DNA of 64,000 nt from Octopus sinensis (lineage: Eukaryota): NCBI RefSeq assembly GCF_006345805.1, contig NC_043001.1, positions 4,836,001 to 4,900,000 on the forward strand, written 5' to 3'. The position numbers and the translations under genes are program-made. This document shows positions 25,536 to 39,855 of this stretch, piece after piece. Position 1 is the stretch's first letter, and every line of letters starts with the position of its first letter. Below the pieces are notes generated by a model. That model was given only the letters and a program-made list of their open reading frames with translations, was not told where the DNA came from and ran no database searches.

Positions 25536-27329
25536 ACAGCGTAAAGCAGCTTAGCTATTGAAGTGATGGTAAAAATATTTATCTTTCCTGTCAAATGATA
25601 CAAGAGAATTACGTTCACGATTTATGAAACATGGATATTTATTTGGATGGGGGACACATTTGGATTCCTTTCCATGAAATTCGATTTAGATATGATGCAA
25701 TAAATATTCAGTTCGCGCGAGTTTTACCGTTTGCCCGCTTCGTGTAAACTACACTGGAAACCTAATTCTTGTCGGAGTTCACATACATATCTACTCTATC
25801 GATCCATTCGATTGATTGTAATTATGTTTTATCGAAACCAGCAATGGAACAAGGATACACTGATAAAATTAAAGAGAAAAAAATAACACTCTGAGGATGA
25901 AAAAACTAGTTCCCCGTTTCACTGAAAACTCTGTAGGATATTATAAATATCAATAACGATCAGATTTTTATAGGAAAGGAATTCAAATAGCCTGGAACAT
26001 AGGCTTTTTTGTGCCATTGAGTAATAACAATATACAGATTTACACTTTATTGCCATTGGAATATTGGCAGCGAATGTAGGTCACTATGGAAATAGTTTTC
26101 AGTTAATGGGTTGCATGCTAAGGTTTGAAATTAAATTTTGGGACGTACAGCCTCTTCGCTGTTGACCCTGTTTTTCATCAAAGCTGCTGGGATATGACTT
26201 TTAAGTTTAGTTTTTCATACACTATACATAATTGAACAACAACAAAATGATGGCCATCTGCCAATGCAAATAAATTAATTGTTCATAATGTATTATGTTT
26301 TAAATAAATGTTTTTTAGAGAATCAAAGCAAAATAGCAACAGAAAATGTATATATTGTACTTCTAAAAACAAAAAAAAAAAAAATGCTTTATCATTTCAA
26401 TGAATAACTTGCATATAATGTAATTGGTTTACTAACTATCGATTTACTGAAGAATGGATATATTGAAGCGAGTCTTAATTACATATCTGATCAGGACATT
26501 TGTTAGAGGTGAATATAAGTGAAACCAACATTGAACATTCATTTCATATTTGGTCAAACCAAATCAGCCTCACAGTTCATAATGCGATAGACATTCATCT
26601 CGATAGTTTCTGCTCTACTTCCAACAGACAATAATTCTACAGGAGGAAGATATTCTGTAGACATCATACTCAGCTATTCGTCACTTGAACTTATTAATGA
26701 TATTCAGTTGGATGGAAGAATGCGTTTTTGAAGCATACAATTGTCCTATTGAATTATGGTGTTCAGCCAGAACTTACTGTGATGCATCCACTGGAAAGAA
26801 GAATTGGAGCTTCCAGAACACCTCATAAATTGGGTTCGTAAGAGCTTATCAGGACATGTACAAATATGAGTAAATATAACAACATTCAAAACGAGAAATT
26901 CTAATACAACTTGTTTCAGGAACGTTTACGGAGAAAAATCCTATTATAATAGTGGTAGCAATGGTAAGAGTAGCTAAATGGTGAAACCTTCATAAACGTC
27001 CTCGCAGCACCTGTCATTTAAAAGATAAAAATCTATGATTAAAGGTAGCTAAGTTTGGCTACGGTGGAAGTGCCAACGGATATTGCAAACATTAATTCTA
27101 GTTAGCAAACTTCACTTACAAAAGTTCGTATTTACAATTTGAGATCGATCAGAGTTAGATGCCCTAGTATATCTGGTTTTTCATTATGAAATTAATACGG
27201 ATATATGCAGTGTCGAATCCCTGTTGTATGTTAACGATCTCAACTCGAGAAAACAACACGGAATATAATCCGAAACACATTCCAAGCATTCCTGTGCTTA
27301 AACTACGAATCATAACCATCATCATCATT

Positions 27330-27369
<40 letters not shown>

Positions 27370-27639
27370 ATTTTGTGCGGTGTATGTACAGCTTTCATAT
27401 ATAAACATGAAAACAGGACACACACACACAGCTGATTGCGACGACGATGATGATGATGGTTATGATAATGATGATGATGGTGGTTATCATTCGTAGTCTA
27501 AGAAAGACGGTTTTGCGATTTCATGTCGAACAGCCTACGCAGACAATGCGGTTATTCTGATCAAATTATGTGATGTATATTAGTTTATTACTCTACCCCA
27601 CAGACTAAATAATCGCCATTGCCTGAACATGTGCACGTT

Positions 27640-27765
27640 GAACCAGACGTCAGTCCTCGGAGTAATCACAGAGCAACACCAGATGAAGCTAATTTTGCTG
27701 AGGAACACAACGCACTGCCCGGTATAGGAAATGAAACGTGGATCTTGCGATTATAAACCCCTGGT
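27640..27765 (-). mobile_element. Diverged SINE family A head
   Basis: Minus strand ccgggcagtgcgttgtgttcctcagcaaaattagcttcatctggtgttgctc. Confidence 0.45.
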
Positions 27766-28254
27766 AATTCATCCTCATATACGTTTGTGTGTGTGTAAAT
27801 GTAAACGCATCAAAAGTTTATGGTATAGGAAGAATTATATGGATAATTTTACTGCAAAAGTATTTGAATATGTTTTCACAAGCTGAGTTTTATTGAGCTC
27901 CTCGTTATCGATATGGTTGGACTTGTCCAGGTGAAAATCTTATTCTTTCGATTGTTGTTAATACCTTATGGTATTAAAAGTCATGTAATTAGGTTTGAAT
28001 AATTATATCGCTTGTGTCACAGCTTTTAAATGATATATTCTCTCACTTTTCATCGTTCAATAATGATAACTATTGATTGATATGTTCATTACCACTACAT
28101 CCAATAACAACATTATCAAATACACGGGCACCCGCAATCACACACTGACAAAAATACGGCTACAAATTCGAAGCCTCTCTCAAAAATATTCTCATATGTA
28201 TATATATATATATAATATATATATATATATTTATGTATATATATATTTTTACCA

Positions 28255-28705
<451 letters not shown>

Positions 28706-28779
28706 TATATATTTATATATATATATACACATACATAAATACATATATATTTATATACATACATATATATACATATATG

Positions 28780-28854
<75 letters not shown>

Positions 28855-29672
28855 GTATTCATGTATTTGCTTATACGCGAGTGTGTGTGCGTGTGTGTGG
28901 TTAGGGGCGTATATGTAAATATGTATCTGTGTCCCCTAAATGGGATTTGTATAAAACGTGTTTACGGTTTAGATATTCTCAAAATATATCTTCTGTCACG
29001 GATGTATCCGTCACCTAAACGATACATTCGTATGTCGGTGTCGAACGTAACGTGAATTAATGCATCAGTGCGACGATTGCTCAAATTAACACATACAAAA
29101 TAATGGATATTTATCTTAAAAAGCAAGAAAAAAAAATGTATTTAAAAATTTAATAAACCTTTCAGTTGTAATATGTCTGTAACTGATAAGTGATATTGTC
29201 TTATCATTAAATCTACCATGAAAATCGCCAGCAGAATTACGTTAGGTAGACGTTGTAGATTTATATCAGCTTCTAATATTTTAGTTCTTTTATCCCCTTA
29301 GACACATTTTCTAGTAAATGTAAAGATAGGTTTAGGTATTTCAATTATTCTCTATGCTAAACCTTGTGGGAAGATGTTGAAGAAATGGTAAGCGTTCGTG
29401 TATTTATGTGAGTGTTTCGTATATATATGCCTTCTTTATTAATTTATTCAACTTGACTCATTTATAATCTATTGTCTATTAAAGTTTCGTCTTTTTTTGT
29501 GTGTGTATGTGTGTTTTTTGTTTCTAATTACATTTTCAGAAGAGAATGTATTCGTTTGATCTCTTGGTATTGTCTACAAATAGTTAAGTGAAGAATCATG
29601 ATGAGATAATAGAATTGCATCTCTCACAATGAGACAAAGTAGCGTTTTTTCTTCTTTATTTCTCTTCTATAG

Positions 29673-29740
<68 letters not shown>

Positions 29741-29959
29741 TATATATAAATGTATGTATGTATATATATATTGTTGTTTCTTCACTGGTCTTAGACTGCA
29801 ACTTCTGTAGTTGCTGTCATAATAAACAAAATGACTCAAAGAAATAAAACAAAACTTATTTATGATAAAATTACTTACAATAATAATGTCCGCCATGTCT
29901 ATCACGATACTGAACCTGATAACGATGACAATAATAAAAAGGGATAATAAAAAGGTATA

Positions 29960-29979
29960 ATGATAATAATAATAATAAT

Positions 29980-30031
<52 letters not shown>

Positions 30032-30091
30032 GTAATAATAGCAATAATGATAATAATAATAATAACAATAACAATAACAATAATAATAATG

Positions 30092-30153
<62 letters not shown>
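29960..30153. repeat. (AAT)n microsatellite with no retrotransposon insertion
   Basis: Direct reading. Confidence 0.95.
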
Positions 30154-30779
30154 CGCTCCTTCAACTGCAACAAGATGAAGTATTATGGCACAATGTTGAA
30201 CGTAATCACAAAAATGATGACGAGGACGATGTTGGGGGTGGAATCAGCGCCGGTAGTGGTAGTGGTAGAAATGGTGGTAGTGGAGGCCGACGTGGTGGTA
30301 GAGGCTTTAGTGGTGGTAGAAGTGATAATGTTGATTATGATAATGATGATTAAGCTGATCACCTTCATTATGCACAATGACATTAAATACAACAGCAAGA
30401 ACACAAACACTAACTTTTTTTCTCCTATTAAAAGCTTATGCTTACAATTATAAATAAGAAAAAGTGAAAAGGCACCCATCCCAAAAGTCTGGGTACCCAT
30501 GGTTTTGTGTGTGTTTCTTTTTCCTGAGAAGCCCTCAAACCTATCCTCCCTGTTGAGGATTATACATTGCTGATTTTCCCCCATTATGTTAATCATTTTT
30601 ACATGCAAAACCCTCGCAACAACACATTAATACACGTAAATGCATGTACACTTTCTGTCGTCCTGTACCGTTCACAGTGTTTTCATAATGTGAACCCTTT
30701 TGTGGTAAATAAAGAAATATTAATAATAATAGTAGCCGTGTGTTCGTCTAAGACGCAACTACAAAATAGTAAGTTATTC

Positions 30780-31250
30780 GAATGTTTTGCTTCGAAAAAA
30801 CTAGACAATTCTATGAACACTGACCAGAGAATTTGATACAAAATAAGTATGCCAAGATCGTGTGATATTTCCATATAAACACTGATCACACTGTTGAAGG
30901 AAGACGACCAAAGATAATATAGGAGAAAATATGAAGAGTTTGTCGAGATAAATCTTGTCATTGCTTATCATATCTGAATAGATAGCAAAAGTATTGATAA
31001 AAAAAAAGAAATACCAGGATCTAGCCAGAGGGGTGAGAGAAGTGTGGAAGACCGGGACAATATTTAGTCCTGTGTTTTTTGGTGCACTTTGCAAAACAAC
31101 CTAAATGATTCCTAAAAGATTGAGAAAGAATGGAACTGAAGCTGGCATTGTCGACATGCAGAAATATACTCTGCCATGTTCTGCAAGAACCTTAAAAATA
31201 TTTTCTTGAGATTTACAGTGATTTCTTGTCACGAAACATCAAGCTAAGAT
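30780..31250 (+). mobile_element. Old, highly degraded R4-like REL endonuclease relic (third lineage)
   Basis: Frameshift-corrected reading ..NTDHTVEGRRPKII..KKKYQDLA(R)..VWKT..VFFGAL..MQKYTL parallels TDRTIKANKPDIVV..KYKDL..VIVGAL..VQKIVL. Confidence 0.6.
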
Positions 31251-34139
31251 ACGTATTATCTTAAATGGACATGCAGAAGCACAACAATAACAATAACTGC
31301 AATATCGGTTTCAAATTATGGCACAAGGCCAGTAATTTTGTACAGAGGGTAAGTTGATTACAGCGAGCACAACAGTCAACTAGTAGCTTTTTGTTTGTTT
31401 GCTTTGTTGTATTTTTTTGTGTTTTAATCGGGCCTGAATGGATGAAGGTCAAAGATAAGCACGACGGAATTTGAACTGAGAGCGTAAAACGACCGAAACG
31501 CCGTTAGCAGCCTATCTGAATATAAAGAAACCTAACTAGAGACAGTTAATGCTGAAGGTGTATTGAAAGCCGAGGAAAGCGAAAGACAGAACAAGAAGTT
31601 CAAAAAGGACATGAAAACAAATATATATTACGCAGCAAGGGACTCTAGTCTCCATTCCATGTGATGAGACCTGAAGTTACTGAAAAACGTGAGACTGGCA
31701 GGAAAATGGAACAGTGAAAAATGAGGATTTTAGGAGCTGAGGTTCAGAATTTATTGGATGGTACACGGGGAAAGTTGGCAAATTAATTTTTATGTTGTTC
31801 ATTGCATTCAGGATGCAAAAACTAATTAGAACAAATATCTGTATTCTTCATGCAAAGAATGGGTTTTTTTTCAGCTGTTCAAAAGTCTGTAAGGCCAGTG
31901 ACTGCAGTCACTTCAAATTAATTTTCTCGAAACGATTCCCTGTACGGAGTAGAGATATCTTGAGAAATGGATGCGGGTAAGGCTCTAACACCTAATTACT
32001 TGAAGTAGAAGTTCAACCATGTACGTGTATTTAAATTTCGGATGTAACTTGCTTCAAATTTACTGATTGCAGAAAAGTTTTTTTTAGATATTTTGAGTGT
32101 TATGATTGGCCTTCTTTATGATGGGCATCAGGCGGGGAAAACTTTGTAGGCGTCCACATAAAACGTACCTGTATTGTTGGATAATGGTGCTTTGTCGAAA
32201 ATGTATTATCGTACGTATAACGAAATTGGCTATTGGCCGAGTCCGCTGTTTTAATACTAGATTGAGTAAAACGTTCGTGCGCCGTGAGTCATTTGTGAAT
32301 ATCACATGAACTGAATGAACACAAACGCCACAAAAATGCATTTAAAAAGCATTATTTTCACACGGCGCACGAACATTTTCCTCAACCTAATAGTTTTAGC
32401 TTATTCAATCAGTTTTTCGACGGTGCTTTGGATGGTCACGTTGTGTGGTGAACTCTATGTCAAGGAATGAAGGTGGAAGATCTTATATCTTGCCCAAGTC
32501 ATTATCGATCTTTTCATGTTCAATTCCGATTCAGTCGGTAATGTATTGTTCTAGTAGTACATCCTAACTTGAAGTAAAATAATCAAAGTTGGATAAAATA
32601 AGCGACCATTTACGAAGTGAAGCAAATGCTCTCGGTTGCACATAAGCGCTAACGAAACGTACAGGGGCCAAAACATGACATAGACAGTTATCGCTTGAGG
32701 AAACCACACGCAAATCCAGAAGGCATTAGTGGTAGTTAAGTAGTATCAATAATAACTAAAATATGCCTTTAATTAACAAGGTAAGTGAGGGAACTCTAAA
32801 TTAGAAAGTGAATTCTCAGTTAATATTACACTCGCTCTTTCTCTCTCTTTGTATCTTCCACTCTCTCTTTCCGCTCTCTCCCTCTCTTTGTATATTCCTC
32901 TCTCTTCACCCTATCTCCCCACTCTCTCTTAACCTTGTTCCGTTTTATGCCTTGAGCAAATTCTGTTCGGACAAAAGTTTTAGGTGGTCTTTTGAATTTT
33001 AATTGTTACTTATTTGAATTTAAGGTCCAGATAGCAAATTGTACGCTACGCTTCCATTACCCACTTGAAAAATTTATATTAAATTTAGACAAAAACATCA
33101 CATCAGGAACACCTTTTGAAATGCATAATAAACTACAAACATTAGTATGTTGCGTGGAATAGAAACTGAAGTATGACAATTTGCTAGTACATATACGGAT
33201 TGTTACAATGCAATTACGCACACACTTTAATTATACACCGATGAAAGGGTTGGTTAGAAAAGAAAGCTAGACAGACAATAGAAAAATAATTAAAACAGAA
33301 TTAAATTCATATAATAGATACAACTCATCAACAGAGTAATTGCCGCAGTAATAAGCTATAACTATAATGCTATTAAATAAACTTAAATGTATTTACAAGA
33401 CTAGACAGAAAATTATACAGAACATTTACAAGATGAGATAATAAGAATGTATTTGTAATTAATAGAGAATGCTAAGAAATATTGTTACAAACTTGAGCAG
33501 AATAGTAAATGTTCTCTGCTCTCATGTAACAAATAAATATTATGTCGAGTTCCATTAATGATAGAGTCTGTTACCCATTTTCCATCTGTTTTGATGGTCC
33601 GAGAACTCAACATTGCCCGTGGAAGAGTAGCAGTCTCCGGAGGATAAATCCTTCATAGCTAGTTGGAAAAGTGCAAGATGAAAGGATTTGTTTTGCTTGA
33701 GAACGAATGGCACCACCCAATCCGAGAACCATGACGATTTACAACACTATAATCAGTACGTACCTTCACCAGTTAACGGGGACGCGATATTCAGCAACAT
33801 TTCCAATAACGAATTGGCGCGAAGAAGATCGAGGAGCATGTTTTCTTTCTTTCTCTTTTTCACTTTCTGTTAAGAATACACATTGAGATGTAAGTCGAGT
33901 TGATATTAAAGCTATACAGGAAAATGGTTAGCTGGCTGATATGTTAGAATTCCGGGCAAAATGCTCAGCGACATTACATTTGTATTTTCGTCTTAGAGTT
34001 CAAATATAAAGTTGACTTCTCTATTAACCCAAATGGCTAAAATTGAAACCTGGAGTTGATATAATCTACAGGGACCCTTTGCCGATCTTGCTGGCTATTT
34101 TTGTAGTACCAAATTTGAAGCCAAAATCATATTGCCGAT

Positions 34140-34340
34140 AGGTGGGAAAGAAGCAGAATCGCTACGGCATCGCGCAAAATGCTTAGCCTCATTTCGTTTG
34201 TCTCTATTTGTTTAGTTCAGATCCGCCGAGGTTGAATTTGCCATTCATCACTCTCGGTGTCGATAGACTAGGTACCAGTTCAGCGCTCTGATTGATGTAA
34301 TCAAGTACCCTTGTTGCCCAAACTTTCTGGCGTTAGCAAC
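34140..34340 (+). mobile_element. Diverged SINE family D
   Basis: gcagaatcgctacggcatcgcgcaaaatgcttagc..ccgccgaggttgaatttgccattcatc. Similar degenerate copies at ~25205-25300 (-), 31390-31510 (-), 37650-37770 (-) and 43470-43640 (+). Confidence 0.65.
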
Positions 34341-35277
34341 GAAAACATCCACTTCAATCAAGAATGACTGAAATATATAAAGACCTTTTTAAAATGCACT
34401 CTAATTGCGGCGAGATGCTGGAGGATGTGGAAGTTAAACAATGACCGATTGTTTATTGAACAATTTTGAAGAATTCATTACAGAATCTAGAATAGTTTTC
34501 TAATACATCACTATACAAATATTAATTGCATCATATGTAGCCGAAGAAGAACTTTTATCTACATATAATTGTTTTATTACTTCCTTTGAAAAAATGTAAC
34601 TATTTACAAGACATTGGCACCGACTAGTAGAGGAAATATAAGTAAACAATTTAAAGAGAAAATCCTAAGTGAAAAAGTAGACGTAAAACGTTTGCAGAGA
34701 AGGCTAAGTGGCACAACAACGAAATAGGCAAATCTGGTAACTCAATGGCACCAAGTGACATTGGCCATAATTTATATGGACCACTCGAAAGGAAATCCCT
34801 ATTCTGAGAAAGATTATTCAAATGAATTTGGTTTTTAAACCTTCAAGTTCAAGGTACTTCTGTTGGAATCATGTCGCCTCTACATAGATATTGCTGTATC
34901 TTTGCCGTGAAGTTTCCACATTGGAAAATAAGGTTAATTGTAATTTCAAATCAGTTTTTATAATTATAAGACGAAATATCATTTTAGTAATTATGAGACA
35001 AAATTTACTTTAATTATTTGCTTTGTCAGTATATTTTGCCATAAGCTGTGTCGTTATGAAGGTTTGGAAACTCGTGTGCTTTCTCCGTGACTGTGTGCGT
35101 TGGGTGCGCTTACTCCATGCTCGGTGAACGATTCTAGAAATGCAATGCTGCTAATTAATTGATTACTTCATTAATTCATTTATTCATTCATGCATTTTGT
35201 CATAATAAACGAGAATTGGACTACAAACACTAGTTGTGCTCTCTGTTAGAATATTGATAACACTATAGCCATACATC

Positions 35278-35324
<47 letters not shown>

Positions 35325-35602
35325 CTGCGAGATGTTGAAATAATTACATAATGACTGTTGAACTATGATGCAATCATTCATATATAAATACGTGTTTTCA
35401 GTTATGCAAATAAGCAGAAACGGAAAGCATCTCATCAAGAATGTCCGAAGCTTTCCACACCTGAATCAAACAAAATTTTGATGACCAATGAGAGACAGAG
35501 GGAGATAGAAAGAGATTGAGAGAGAGGTGGAAGAAGAATAAGAGAAAGGGAGAGCCAGATAGAATAGGGAGGGAGAGGTTGTGTTCGATTTGTATAACAA
35601 AG

Positions 35603-35662
<60 letters not shown>

Positions 35663-35665
<3 letters not shown>

Positions 35666-36040
35666 CAAGATAAGGGCAGAAGAAAAATTCTAATGCCAGA
35701 TACGCCGAAACAAAAGATTTGTCGATAACCATTAAATTTATGCGTCTCGAAACATTTTTCTATTTTGGATATATTTGCGGTACATAAGTCTGCTCGGGAC
35801 TTGGTGCTTGCTTTTTCCGTGGGTGTGAATAAGTATTTCATTTATATCTCGCATATGTGCCGCTGAAGAGGGGAAAATTTCTTGTGAATTAACCCCGAAA
35901 TTGGACCAATACGGTAATAACGAATTTTTTAGAGATTTCTATCGGTTTGTTTCGAGACGCATAAATTTATTGGTTATCGACAATTTTTTTTGTTTCGGCG
36001 TATCTGGCATTAGAATTTTTCTTCTGCCCTTATCTTGTAA
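35663..36040 (+). mobile_element. Non-coding cassette: ~92-bp inverted arms enclosing a hammerhead-bearing segment (inverted pLTR-like)
   Basis: 35663-35754 is the reverse complement of 35948-36040. (TA)n adjoins the left arm and recurs ~100 bp right of the right arm. Confidence 0.8.
35858..35916 (+). ncRNA. Minimal type-I hammerhead ribozyme
   Basis: tgccg-CTGAAGA-gggg-(19 nt)-cccc-GAAA-ttgg-a-ccaa-TA-cggta. All core positions are intact; AUA cleavage after 35911. Confidence 0.82.
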
Positions 36041-36135
36041 ATTACGTATAAACTTTACCTTTAAAGGCAGTTTTTTGATATGTTGGCCATGGATAAATTT
36101 TTTTCCCGAAAAAAATTTATTCTATATCAATTATT

Positions 36136-36184
<49 letters not shown>

Positions 36185-36854
36185 TATATATATACTATTT
36201 TATTTATATACAAAGACATATATTGAACTTTTTTATAAAAGTTCCTACCGTCAATCGTTATATTTACATGCGGAAATTACCCGTAAATAATTGTCGTTGT
36301 TTTTTTAAAAACCATTAAAACTATTATTTACTCTTATTATATTACTAATTGAAATTTTCACTCCCTTACGACAACCCATAGTTTCTATCTCTAGGGAATT
36401 AATTTTGCAATAGGCATGGTAAAATTTTCGAGGGAAAATGCGGGATCAATCGTCTAAATAGATTTGGCCTATTCTTGCTTTCTTCCACTACTCCGACGAC
36501 GCCAGCTCGGCAGATAGAGGTATGTAGCATTTGAAAAGTCTATTTAAGTGTAGAGTTACCTATCAAACCTTTTTACCATGTATTATGTATTTTCCTTTGT
36601 TTGGTTCATATTCCTCACACTATCTTAACCAGAAGGTGGGTGTCGTGCCTCGTACGACACGGGACAATGCAATGGAGTGTTCGACCCACTACTGAAACCG
36701 AAAACACACACACATACAAACACACACACACAGACGTATATTTATATGTACATATGAATGCATGTCACGTATACGGGTGTTGTGAAACTAAAATACAGGC
36801 AGGGTTTCAAAAACATAAGTAAAAATCTAGGATCGGCCATTATAAATCATTCGC

Positions 36855-36950
36855 ACGAGGTTTATATTCACTTTATTATTATACGAGGTTTGTATTCACT
36901 TGTATACGAGGTTTGTATTCACTTGTATACGAGGTTTGTATTCACTTGTA
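36855..36950. repeat. 23-bp minisatellite (about 3 exact copies plus 1 degenerate)
   Basis: Unit tatacgaggtttgtattcacttg. Confidence 0.9.
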
Positions 36951-37195
36951 AAATACTTCTTAAAACATAACGCTAGGAAACAAATATTGCTTTCATTTTA
37001 TGCTTGGACAGTAAGGGTAACTACCTATTTGTTTCTATCTAGAACTCAAAGGAACTGACAACACTCGCCTGAAAACTCTTCCTTGCAAAACTTACTCTTA
37101 TGAATTTTTTGAAATTCACCTCTTTTCCATTACATCTCAGAGAGATTCAATGCTGAGTTCTTGAAGCAGAACAATAGTTATAAATAATATTCATA

Positions 37196-37600
37196 GGTGC
37201 AGGAGTGGCTCTGTGGTTAGTAGCTTATTTAACAACCACATGCTTCCGGGTTCAGTCCCACTGCGTGGCACATTGGACAAGTGTCTTCTGCTATAGTCTT
37301 AGGTCGACCAAAGCCTTGTGAGTGCATTTGGGAGACGGAAACTGTAAGAATCCCGTCATATATACGTATATGTATATAACTGTGTGTGTTTGTGTGCCTG
37401 TGGTTTTCCCCCCAACATCGCTTGACAACCGATGCTGGTGTGTTTACGTCCCTGTAACTTAGTGGTTCGACAAAAGAGACCGATAGAATAAGTACTAGGA
37501 TTACAAAGAATATGTCCTGGGGTCGATTTGCTCGACTAAAGGCGGTGTTCCAGCATGGCCACAGTGAAATGACTGAAAGAACTAAAAGAGTAAAAGAGAC
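37196..37600 (+). mobile_element. Full-length tRNA-derived SINE family C (CORE-like)
   Basis: gcaggagtggctctgtggttagtagc..ccgggttcagtccc..cattggacaagtgtcttc..(GT)n..gcggtgttccagcatggcc. Confidence 0.9.
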
Positions 37601-37895
37601 TAAAAGCGTATTCTGCAAATACCACAGATTTGCTTCTCGGTTGCTTGACGTTTCAACATGTATTTATTTTATCGATCCCAAGATAATTAAATGCAAAATT
37701 GGTCGTGGTGGAATTTGAACTCAAGACATAAAGACAGACGAAATGCCACTGAGCATTTTGTTCGGCGTACTTACTATTATGGATATACAGAAGTAACAGT
37801 ATATTCATCTATCTCTTTGTTGTACACATTTTACAGAAAAAAATAACTATTATATACATCGCAGTTATTATTATATCACACTCTATATAAAAACA

Positions 37896-38262
37896 GTGGA
37901 GTTGCAACGGCTCAGTAGTGAGGGCAGCGGACTCGTGGTCGTAGGATCGTGGCTTCGATTTCCAGTTCAGGCGTTGTGAATGTTTATTGAGCGAAAACAC
38001 CTAAAGCTCCACGAGCTTCTGGCAGGAGGTGGTGGCGAACCCTTATGTACTCGCGCCACAACTTTCTCTCTTTCTTTCTTCCTGCACCAGTATTTTAAAG
38101 AGCCAGCCTTGTCACACTGTCTCACGTTGAATCTGTCCTAGAAATACATTAAGGGTACACGTGTAAGTGGAGTGCTCAGACACTTGCACGTTAATTTCAC
38201 GAGCAGGCAGTTCCTTTGGTTGGATCAACTAGAACCCTTGTCGTCGTAACCGACAGAATGCC
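37896..38262 (+). mobile_element. SINE family B
   Basis: Colinear with 23976-24352. Confidence 0.9.
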
Positions 38263-39289
38263 ACGACATGTAAGCACAATATACTTAAAAGGCACATGCT
38301 AATGAATAATAATAATTGTAAATATCAAAGGTTTCTTCTAAATTCACTTTTAAATCTATGGATATCATTTATACTAAATTCAGGTTTCTAGTTATCATTG
38401 CACAATACGATGCATGGTGTGTCATGAAAGCATAAATTCCATGATTTTGAGAATGCTTTGTACGTTTAAGAGTTTTGCATCACAGACCTTACAGTATTAT
38501 TCCAATCTTTTCTTGAAGCATTCACATCAGGTTTGTTCGGGATGTGCAGTGTCTTTTGCAGCTGCATTTAAATGGTGTAACGTGATTTGTTCAAAGTTTG
38601 AAGTGGTCGCCAACCATAAAGTTTTGGCAAAAGTGCTGATAAATGTTGAATTGCCCTTGAATGTTATTGATATATTATTATTGACTTCTCAAATGAGGAG
38701 ATTTTTGTGCAAGAGGCATATGATAAATTAAGTAGGAAGATTGACATAGATAATCAACTGAGGATTTTGTATTATTAAGGGATTTATGTGTCCCACTGTT
38801 GCGATGGCCACAATTAAATCCATGCATTTACCGTTGTTAGATAGACATTAACAGGTATTGATATGACCCTTATAGTTCGCCCCCTCACGGTCTTCATCAA
38901 CGGCACCTGAACGTCATTTCCACGAGTCCCACGACTTGTAGTGCCGGTTACACGTTGATGTTATCGTGAGTACAACACCTTAACCACTGGGTCACCTGCC
39001 CTCACAATGATCGACAATCGTTCACGATTGAGCATGTGAGATGTACGTCTGTGCGTTGTTCACCTTTCGAAGTGAAATTTAAATAAGAATTGTACTAGCG
39101 AGAATAGATTGTTGAGTGATATGACAATATTTGTGCAACAGAAAAGAGACTCCTCAACAAAATGATTTCTAGCTATAATTCAAATTGTTATCTTTTATCT
39201 GTTAACTTTTTCTTGTTTCAATCAATAGACAGCGATCATTCTGTCTAATAACTACAACCGAATGCAAGAATGTTTGGTCTTATTTGATC

Positions 39290-39855
39290 GTCCATACTAC
39301 TGAAACGCAGGTTATGTGAATGTAAACACACCAACAACGGTTGCTAAGCTGTGGTGGGCGACAAATACAGACACAAAACACACACACGCACTCACGGACG
39401 CGCACCTTAGCACACGAGAGTGCAAGACACACACATAAATACAATGGGCTTCTTTCATCTTCTGTGTACCAGATGCACATACGAGGCTTTGGCAGGTCGG
39501 AATCTGTAGTAGAAAATGCTTGCGCAAGTCGATGTACATTGGTATTAAACCGGGAACCGTGTAGTTGAGGAGTAAGCTTCTTATATATTTACTGCCCACA
39601 AGGGGCTACACACAGAAGAGACAAACAAGGACAGACATACGGATTAAGTTGAATATATCGACCCCAGTGCGTAACGGCTACTTAATTTATCGATCCCGAA
39701 AGGATGAAAGGCAAAGTCGACCTCGGCGGAATTTGAAATCAGAACGTAGCGGCAGACGAAAGACTGATAAGCATTTCGCCCGGCCTGCTAACGTATCTTC
39801 CAGCTCACCGCCTTAAAACTTAAAGAGGAGTAAGCGTCTTACCTCCTGGCCACAT
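39290..39855 (-). mobile_element. SINE family C interrupted by a nested SINE family D (39587-39813)
   Basis: Duplicated gaggagtaagc(t/g)tctta at 39567-39583 and 39825-39841 flanks the family D copy. Confidence 0.85.

Noticed and set aside
25886-25940. CTGAGGA-tgaaa..tttca-ct-GAAA motif as a hammerhead
   Set aside because: Stem I has only about 2 pairs and there are extra bases on both sides of GAAA; chance or heavily decayed.
32040-32950. CpG-richer segment with CCAAT-like and TGAGTCA motifs as a promoter
   Set aside because: Short motifs are expected by chance and there is no transcript anchor.
36470-36530. Apparent small exon ending GAG|GTATGT
   Set aside because: It lies in a stretch (36240-36680) that resembles a common interspersed repeat as I recall it; the upstream frames are closed.
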